DNA of 64,000 bases from Octopus vulgaris (Eukaryota). How positions within the stretch are numbered: the stretch's first letter is position 1; every line of letters begins with the position of its first letter. The notes under the pieces are model-generated. The model searched no databases and was not told the DNA's origin. It saw nothing but the letters and a program-made list of their open reading frames with translations. Below are positions 54,952-64,000 of the stretch, piece after piece. Location: the NCBI GenBank assembly GCA_951406725.2, contig OX597840.1, positions 36,146,001 to 36,210,000 on the forward strand, given 5' to 3'. A program made the position numbers and the translations under genes.

Positions 54952-55038
54952 CTCCATTGTTCTGAATTCCACTTTCCATCCGGATTTCTCATCAGGAAGC
55001 TTCAGTTTTATGCTGTGCCAGTTACTCGCTATAATGGT
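54952..55038 (-). CDS. GCLC: GCLC-like exon: TIIASNWHSIKLKLPDEKSGWKVEFRTME
   Basis: Homologous to [31 protein letters not shown]. Acceptor ttgtttcag, donor gtaaca, 87 nt, phase 0/0. Confidence 0.9.
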
Positions 55039-55752
55039 CTGAAACAAAATGTTAAACAATCTCAGTCATGAATATGGAATTACATATGAGTATGTAACTT
55101 TTACAAGAAGAGAGCAATTATTGAAGTTTACACTGTGCCAAAAATTCTTGAAAAGTTCAATTTTTAAATTTAACTGCATTATTCAAATCATAAAAGTAAT
55201 TTTATTTCATTTCAAGGCAGTCAGCATTTTTTAATACATTGCAAAATAGTTGGCATTCTTTAACACCTTTCTTTTCTCTTGTTGTCCATCTCTTCTTTGC
55301 TTACTTTATTACAATTAACTTTTCTTTATTCTCATAACTTTTTCTCTCGTTCTTATCTTTTTGGTTCTTCAACATTACCCCCCAACCACTCTGTTATTGC
55401 ATTTAATACTTTTTGGCTTTCTCTACATATAATTTTACTTTCACTTTCATTCCTTGCAACACTATCTGCTTGCCTATCTGTCTGTTAGTTGGTCAGCCTG
55501 TCAATCTGTCTGTCTATCTGTCACTCTGTCTCTCTGGAAGAAATCAGTAACATTCAGACCTAAATAAGAAAACATTCCAATTATAAAACACCCAAGAAAC
55601 AACATAGGACACAAAAGCACATCTACGACTCCATCAGGCATTGAAGGCCAAAGGAAGGAAGAAATGTGTTGATTATGGAATTGATTTATAACTTAGTGGC
55701 TCCCATAGATTTATTTGTAAATTATTAAAAGTATTCAACAGATATATTTTAC

Positions 55753-55865
55753 CTGAATGTGATCAGTATCATTTATAATGTCTTGATCGATTTTTTCTTT
55801 GTATAAAGTGATGGGATCTCTTACAAGAAGTTGGGCAACAAATCTGGACATCATTTCATCAACAC
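55753..55865 (-). CDS. GCLC: GCLC-like exon: (G)VDEMMSRFVAQLLVRDPITLYKEKIDQDIINDTDHIQ
   Basis: Matches GCLC [26 protein letters not shown]...DHFE. AG/GT flanks, 113 nt, phase 1/0. Confidence 0.9.
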
Positions 55866-56110
55866 CTGATTAATTAACAAATATTTTAATTATCTCAATT
55901 GATAGCATTGTCATTAGTTAGATTGCTGTATAGGTGGCGAAACAGATAGATACATAGCTAAATAGATGGACAGTTCAGAGGAAGATAGATAGAATAAAAC
56001 AGCCACTTGAAGCTTTAAAAGCATATCAGAGTAACTCACTGTAAACATTATTATTATTAAGTTTGAAATAAAAATTATCCCCTCAAAAAGCCATTCTCTA
56101 CTCATTCTTT

Positions 56111-56169
<59 letters not shown>

Positions 56170-56799
56170 ATGTGTGTGTATATAAATATATATATATGTG
56201 TGTATATAATATATATATATATATATATGTAGTGGATGCGTGGATGTATTAATAAATACATAAGTTGTTTTGTAATAAATTAAAGATTTATTTTCACTAC
56301 ATCAATTTGTAAGCAATGCTACACATTGCTTGTACAAAATGCATATTAAATAATGCTTGCAAAGAATACATATTAAAGAAATGCATAATACATGATACAT
56401 ATTAAAGAAGAATATGTTTGATGGTGTGTGTGTGTGAGTAAATCATGCAGGACAGTCACCTTTATGAATATTCTCTCGTCGTCTCCTGAAATGCGTGACG
56501 TTCATTTAGGCGTCGGTTTCTGGTTCTCTTCAGATACCGATTTTTCCGTTCTATTTATAAAATCTTAAATAGCCAGAAAAATAGATATACCGCAAGAGAG
56601 TTATCGTTAAAGTAGGTCACTGGTCGTTCAGTTAAACTTCGCCTGACCTGGCTCAGGTCAGATGTCGAAGGGAGACGATCCATCACTTTTTGTCAGAACA
56701 AAGAAATTCTGATTTCGCGCCTTTTTATGCATTGGTATTTGACGACCAATGATTCTTGGGTTTGATTTCGAATCCAAGCTTAGAGAAGGAAGTGCTAAT

Positions 56800-59040
56800 T
56801 CTTACATATATATATATATATATACTCATATCTGCACTCAGTTTGCTTAGGAGGTTGTTGTGACCTAGCATATGTGCTGCTTCTTTCAGTTTTTGTATTT
56901 TCCGGTGGTGTTCTCTGTCGATTATTTTAACTTCATCCCATAGGGGGAGGTGGTCTCCATTTTTACATACAATGTCAGCTATACTCAATTTATCAATATC
57001 TCCTCACATCACAGCTTTGTGATGTTCGTCTACCCTTATTTAGAGGGTTAAGCAGGTTTCACCTTTGTATAACCACCACAGCTGCATGGGATGGAGTACA
57101 CACAGTCTTTGGTCATATTCTCTTCTATTGGTGGTTTTACTCAAAGGGGATATTTGCAAAGTGTTGTATTACTCTTGAATACTGACCTGATGTCATATGG
57201 GCCACATATCTTTTTGGAGAAGCCTTTCACATAGGGTATAAAGAGTGTGGACAGTTTATTCGTTTCATCCTCTCGTTTGTTCATAATTGGAGTGGAAAGA
57301 ATGTTTTTTGGGTAGTTGTTGCTTAATAGGTTGTTATTGAGCTTGATCATTTCTTTGTGGTGTGTATCACAATCACTACTTATATTTGTTGCACAATGTT
57401 TTAGGCACTGAGCAATCCCTTTCTTTACACTGTATGGATGGTGGGAATTGAAGTTTAAGTATTGTCCAGTGAAGGTTGGCTTGCGGTATACAGATGTCCT
57501 GAATCTATACTTGGTGTGTGTTATTACTATGTCCAGAAATGCTAGCTGATTGTCTTTTTACTTTTCAATTGTGAATGGTATGGATGTCTTTTTTAAGTTC
57601 ACATCATCTAACAGCACTTGGACATCTTCCTGGTGGGGCCAAAGTAGAAAGGTCTCATCAACATATCGCAACCATAGGGTTGGTTTTAGTGGGGTTGATA
57701 ATAAAACCAAATTCTCAAAGCATTCCATGTATATATTAGCTATTATCAGTAATAATGGTGAACCCATAGCTAAACCTCTTCTTGTCGATATATATCAGTG
57801 TCCATACTGAAGTAGATAGTTTCTACACAGAAGGTCAACATTTCCATCAAGTTTCTTATTTGTATACCAGTGCATTCTGTCACTAGTTTTTCTTGAATCA
57901 ATGATAGTGCTTCACCAGTTGGGATTTTGGTTAACAGACTTATCACATTTTGACTCACCATCTGGTTGAATTCAATGTGGGTATCATTGGTCAATTCTCT
58001 GAAGTGGGTGGAATTATTCACGTACAATGTTTACTTTCCTGCTAATGGATTGATTATATCCACATGGAAGTGGCTCAGTGGATGACATGCTGAACCTCGA
58101 CAACTCACTATGGTTATTAATGGAATACCATCCTTGTGAATCTTAGAGAGACTGTACATGTGTGGTAGATTACTGTAGTGTTTAGTCAGTTGTCTGTACT
58201 TCATTGGTATAAAATGATCCTTGTTCTTGATCAAGATCTATGACAACTTCCTCTCTGTTTTCAGAGTTGGGTCTTTCTTTTGTTTACTGTAGCTACCATC
58301 ACTTATAAGACTTGCCAATTTTTCATAGTAGTCAGACTTGTTCATCACCACTGTAGTATTTCCCTTGTCTATTGGAAGTATTATGATGGAATTCTCACTC
58401 TATAGTCTTTTCTTCCTTAGTGATGTTTGGTTTGGAAAGTCTTTCTTTTTCTAGTACCTGTCTCACTTTCCACCATAGTTCATCTCCCTGAGCTTTTGGT
58501 ATCTTGATAGCTATCTCTTGAATAGGGGTTATTATGTCCAATTATGGAATGTGCTTGATAGTTGCCGCAAAGTTGAGACCTTTGTTCAGTACTACTTCTT
58601 CATAGCTTTCTAGATGTCGGCTTTTTACATTAAGTACTGCTTTCACAGGCGGGTGACGGACTTCAGTCTTCATTCTCTGACCTTTGAGTTTCATAAAATT
58701 CGTAATCTGACGTATGTTCACCATTTCAAATTCTTTCATGTATGGCTTTTCTAGATCTTATTGGATTCTCTTTCTATCATCATCTCTGGTTAATTTCCTA
58801 AGTAATGAAGATAACTTCTCCTTGATTTCGTTATTTAGTTGTTTTTTGCAACGGTTGTAATGGATCCTCTCACGGACAACAGCTTGTCCTGCCCTTTCCA
58901 CTACTCTTCTAGCTTTATATGAATTCACTGGTGTCATTATATTCAAACCAGGTGGCATTAACTTTGAGTCTCTAATTAATGTAATTAGATGACATCTAGA
59001 AAACTCTGAAAAAGCAATACTGAATAAAGGTTGCACATTT
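56800..59040 (-). mobile_element. Penelope-like retroelement (RT plus GIY-YIG), decayed and near full-length
   Basis: VLNKGLNFA, MYSLSKIHKDGIPL, MGSPL...ANIYME, WLRYVDETF, YRKPT, FIPYVKG, VYSIPCSC...YKGET, LKEAAHM. Confidence 0.88.
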
Positions 59041-60344
59041 CTGTGTCACTTCCTTTTCCATGTGCTAGAGCCTCGTAATATATATCTGGAAGATCCTGGA
59101 AGGAATTGTGCAAAATTTTGGCATTGTAAGCTACACCAATTTTAGAACAGGATGACACTACATAGTGCCAAAGATCCCAGCAATGCCATTGCGCTTCAGG
59201 ACAAGCTACTGCAACAGCCTGGGTTTCAAGGGCTCACAGCTTTTTAATATTCTCCCAAAGAGTCTGAGGAACTTGCACAAAGTAGATGTAGCGGTTTTTA
59301 AATCAAAGCTGGACATCTGCCTGTCGAGAGTCCCAGATCAACCTACCTCACATATAAAACTTCAAATGTGTGTCTGTCTGTATGTCTGTCTGTGTGTTTC
59401 CCTAAAACTTGAGAACTACACAACAAATTTCATTCTAATTTTACACATGCCTTACTTAGGGTCCATGTAGTTTCATGGGCAAAAAAAATGTTCAACTTCT
59501 TGCCTAGAGCGAGTCCATAGCAATATCATATCGTCTCCACTATTTCAGTATTACGTGTTAAAAGTGAAACAAAAACATTTCTCTATTTTATGTCAGATAC
59601 TTTCACTTTAACAATAACAATAATAATAATTATTGAAATATATGAAGTAAGTAATAATTAAAATCAAACTAAAGTATAATATAATCGTAACATAACATCA
59701 ATGACTTGAACTTGAATAAGTGGTTTCACATGAATGGGAATAAATTAAAAATGAAATTAGTGTGCAGAAATGGAATAGTCCAGATGGATAATAAAAAATT
59801 AAATTAAAGGTAAGACTATTGTCTATAAAGTATACAATGTTGAGAAAAAAGAAGATTTGAACACATGGATATCTAATCAGAGGCGGTAAATTCACCACAA
59901 TAGAAGCAAGGTTTGAGTCAACGGAGTGTGCAAGGGAGTACTCAACTTGAACTTGCAAAGTGGAAATAATTTAATTTTACCTTTATATCTGTAACGTAGG
60001 ACGTCGCATAAAAAAATTTTTAATCCCCCCCCCCCCCTCCAGAAGTAGAGGTAGGCTGGATTGTAGCCTGAAACGTGTCTGTAGCTGTCGGACTGGCAGT
60101 GTGAAACGGCTGACCTCCCTTGTTCGAAGGTTATAATGGATACAGATTGTGTATCAATAGCTATCTTAAGGCGATGGCCTCATGGAGCTAATCAGCGGCA
60201 GCGTTTATTCTTATATCTATAAGAATACCATATTAATATGGCGATAACAATTAATTTCCAGTAACGCTGCAGTAATCTCTTTTATAGAGACTTAGTAATT
60301 TTAATATTTCTATTATATATATATAGATAGATATATATACATGT

Positions 60345-60406
<62 letters not shown>

Positions 60407-60659
60407 AAGATAGAGAAAAGGGAAAGACAATAAATAATTGATAGATAGTGATAGATTGGTAGATTGATAGGTAGGTAAGCATGCATGTATGCAGGCAGAC
60501 AGACAGACAAATGGACAAAAATTTGGAACTAAGTAATAAAAAATTAAGTGAAATTAAGACAAGAGATAATTAATTCTGTCAACGGTCAATGTCAATCTTT
60601 TTTTCTCAAAAAATAATTCAAAACTTATTTTTATATGTTTTTAGAGAATTTCTAAATAC

Positions 60660-60798
60660 CTTCTGCTTTTAGTAATTCATACTGTTCAGCATCATAACTG
60701 TAATCATAATCATTATAAAATTGGTCGCTCATGGAAAGGTAACTACCTACTGAATCAAAACGAGTTTTCTTCACCAAAATGTTACCATTTGTCAAAGG
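60660..60798 (-). CDS. GCLC: GCLC-like exon: PLTNGNILVKKTRFDSVGSYLSMSDQFYNDYDYSYDAEQYELLKAE(G)
   Basis: Matches GCLC PLK...KSRYDSIDSYLS...YND. Acceptor ttttcag, donor gtattt, 139 nt, phase 0/1. Lies inside ORF 60652..60843. Confidence 0.92.
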
Positions 60799-61036
60799 CT
60801 GAAAAAGAGAAGATAGAATAGAATAAATGAAACAACAAAGCAATTAATTTTATAATATTTATTCATTAACTAATGTCATTTAATACTGAAATGATTTAAT
60901 TGTAGCAATGTATTTAGGTGTGGCATGATATTTTGGAAGATGCAATAATATATTTTGAAATAATTTGACTATTATAATATATTTTAAAATTAGTTAACTT
61001 CAATGCAAAAGGATTAGTGCATTTTCTTCTTTTTTA

Positions 61037-61067
<31 letters not shown>

Positions 61068-61905
61068 AAAAGTGTGTGTGTGTAGTGTTATAAACCCATT
61101 ATAGTGGATCTCAACATTCATTTTTACTCTCAATATTAGATAATCAGGAGGTTATTTAATAACTGTGCTCATCACAGATACCAAGTATCAGAAAAGGAGG
61201 TGAGGAAGTGTCACATCTAGTTTGTGGGTGTTGAGAGAAAGATGAAATGAAGTCATGAAGGACATTTAAGAGAATGATGGGATTCATCAAGAGTTATGTG
61301 CCTTCCCCTCCCAAAACCTTAGTAAGTTGTGATGCTAACAAAATGTGATGCATAGATATGTGTGCATGTTTGAAATGTGTATAAGGTTTTTTGGGAAGGA
61401 TTTGGTGGGTGTCCAACTGTTTAATCTTATGTGTGAGTGCATATATCTATGTGTATTTGTATGGGTTGGTCAAAATTTTATTGGGTTCTCAATTTCTAAT
61501 TGGGGAAAGACAGATGGTGGGTCTATAATCATAGTGGACCCCATAGATAAGCAGTCATGTATCTTTTCTCATGTTGGCACAAGTGGGAAATTTTACTCCT
61601 GCAATTTGGTTTTTTTGCCAGTGAAGGAAGCTTTTAAACATAATTATTTTCTGGGTACACAGGATAGAGGCTGAACTAATATGGACTACTAACTCATGGA
61701 GGTAAAAGTCGATTTGCATAAAATAAAGCAAAAGTAAAGTTATAGAAGCATGGCTGACAATATAAAACAAAGAAGACCAGGGAAGAGAAGGCATTTGCAA
61801 TTGGGGATGGCCATCTGGAACCCACAAGTATGATGGAAGAGAGGTTACTCTAAAAATAGCTAGAAAGCAACATCCTTCATTACATGTTGGTACTTGACCC
61901 GAGCC

Positions 61906-62385
61906 TTAACCCCTTTACAACAGTTGACGCAAATATGCGATCACACTTTTGCTTGCCTACCCACGGTGAATGTAAATATACAATGTAGAGCTGCCCTACA
62001 TCTATCACAGACTTTTTAGTGGCTGACGTATGTTTACATTCGCTATTGTGTACTTCATCTCTTTAAGTGTACGCGCGCGCCGTCCTGTGCATTATCTTAG
62101 CTATTTCAGGTTACGTTCAAGTAATGAAACTAGCCATATTTTGAGTTGTACCACATGCAAGCTATTTTTTAAACTTAAGCAGAATAACTCGTGCTTATCA
62201 TATTATGATAAATAGCTTTGTTTTCATAAACAAGTAGATATAAATGTACGAGTCAATGTTATTGTAACGGTGAACATAAATAGACACGAGCTCATTGGCA
62301 CTTCTGTGCTTGTGTGGCCTCATTAGATAAAAATACAGGAGCAGTATCTCACATGCTTCAGGTAATACCAGCATCAAGGGGTTAA
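61906..62385. mobile_element. TTAA-flanked piggyBac-type MITE
   Basis: TTAA-CCCCTT at 61906 and AAGGGG-TTAA ending at 62385. No coding capacity. Confidence 0.7.
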
Positions 62386-62595
62386 ACCCTCAATATTCAG
62401 ATTATTCTGTCAATTGTAAAAGTGATTTATTCACATTTTTTGAATTAATCATGCATTATCTGACAGCTTTGGGATTTCAAAGATGTCATTCTTTATTTTT
62501 AGAATGACATTGTAGGGTCATATCTGGTTAGTTTTGGCATAAAATAGGTAGTATATTTGGGATGTATATATCCGGATTAAATGTTAAAGGATTAA
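62382..62595. mobile_element. Second TTAA-flanked MITE abutting the first
   Basis: ttaaaccctcaatatt...aatgttaaaggattaa: degenerate CCCT/AGGG termini sharing the TTAA at 62382-62385. Confidence 0.5.
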
Positions 62596-62746
62596 GAAAG
62601 AGCTGAATGATAAGAAGCCGGAAACATAGCCGAAAACATACCCTCAAATCGAGAACAATGGAAAGATAGTCGTTGATGGTCTGTGTTCCATAGGAAGTGA
62701 AGGGATTAAGTCAAAAAGTATATTTACATACAGTCCTTTTACTCAC

Positions 62747-62863
62747 TTCTAAACCCTGTTCTTGCATGGTACGATCATCACAAGATTGAGAAAGGGAACA
62801 CCACCGACAGTCAGTATCAGATAAAAATCCTCGATATATGGGAGCAGCAGCAGTCAGTGCCAA
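62747..62863 (-). CDS. GCLC: GCLC-like exon (first in window): LALTAAAPIYRGFLSDTDCRWCSLSQSCDDRTMQEQGLE
   Basis: Manual translation matches the GCLC motif ALSAASPFYRGYVSDIDCRW...DDRT. Acceptor tttccag, donor gtgagt, 117 nt, phase 0/0. Not in the ORF track. Confidence 0.92.
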
Positions 62864-63310
62864 CTGGAAAATATATAAAATGCATCAAATCAAAGACAAC
62901 ATTACATGAAATAACATACACACACACACACACACACACAGACAAGTACACACAAGGAGACAGATGTGCATACATATACAAACATACACTCACACACACA
63001 CATACATAGAAAATACACAAACTCGGACATGCAAGCACATGAATATGCAGAATACATAAATAGAAATGCACACACACACATACATACATACATACATACA
63101 TGCATGCATAGGCAAACACACACACATGCGCACAAACAAACAAAGACAAACACAGTGTAAATAATAGACAGATTCAAGACTAGTGAAAAGGTTGCAAGAC
63201 GCAACGAACATTTTACAAAAATAAAATTAAGAAATAAGTGGAAATTTTACCTGTGAGGATGTTAAATTATAAGGCACAAAAAGAAAATGACACTCCCCAG
63301 ACACAACAGA

Positions 63311-63312
<2 letters not shown>

Positions 63313-63382
<70 letters not shown>

Positions 63383-63473
63383 TTATGTATGTATATATAT
63401 AGATAGATAATTGTATGTATGTATATTTATGTATGTATATATATATAGATAGATAGATGTATGTATGTATATT

Positions 63474-63507
<34 letters not shown>

Positions 63508-63695
63508 TAGATAGATAGAGACATATATGTATGTATATTTATGTATATATATATATATAGATAGATAGATATAGGTATGTATATTTATGTATGTATGTAT
63601 ATATATATATAGATACATAGATAGATATGTGTATGTATATTTATGTATGTATATATATATATAGATAGATAGATAGATAGATATATGCATTTATG

Positions 63696-63745
<50 letters not shown>

Positions 63746-63760
63746 CACACACATATATAT
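63313..63760. repeat. Compound (AT)n/(AGAT)n/(ATGT)n microsatellite; similar tracts at ~967-1160, 2040-2110, 2403-2677 and 4283-4366
   Basis: Directly visible. Confidence 0.95.
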
Positions 63761-63903
63761 TTTTTTATTTTCTCTCCTTGTTTCTTGCGAAGAGTGTAGG
63801 CTCGAAATGTTAAAGACTTTTTCACTTCACGAGTGTTATACTAATACATCTGTTTGTTGTCTACACCACCTGTTTTCAATTTTTCTTTTTTTTGGTGAAT
63901 TCT

Positions 63904-63960
<57 letters not shown>

Positions 63961-64000
63961 GGGGAGGAGGAACTACAAACTTGTGACATAGAGAGCTGGG

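Noticed and set aside
59350-59960. Helitron-like fragment (tctgtctg-rich start)
   Set aside because: No clear terminal hairpin/CTAG or Rep/helicase motif could be confirmed by eye.
63150-63265. Additional upstream GCLC exon at cacag|gtaaaa (~63251, minus strand)
   Set aside because: No frame resembles the expected VTFQAC...LYDQL peptide; that exon probably lies outside the window.

Overview
Eukaryotic, AT-rich, microsatellite-saturated genomic DNA. The SINE, LINE and MITE content suggests a coleoid cephalopod, probably Octopus (inference). The only well-supported host gene is the 3' part of a minus-strand glutamate-cysteine ligase catalytic subunit (GCLC)-like gene. It has nine GT-AG exons (62863 down to 43904) that splice in frame; its 5' exons lie beyond the right edge of the window. 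The reading frame is intact, but the normally near-invariant active-site motifs are heavily substituted, so it looks like a divergent paralog. This is the most interesting item in the window. A ~680 bp foldback MITE sits 47 nt past its stop codon. About 2 kb further downstream is a candidate promoter and non-coding first exon of a second minus-strand transcript. The left 41 kb is mostly nested, decayed transposons: RTE, CR1-like, Penelope, Gypsy, Tc1, piggyBac and tRNA-SINEs (an R4-like RLE element lies in a GCLC intron). These have been rearranged by two local segmental triplications and some dispersed duplications. Most short ORFs in the supplied track are microsatellite or antisense artefacts.
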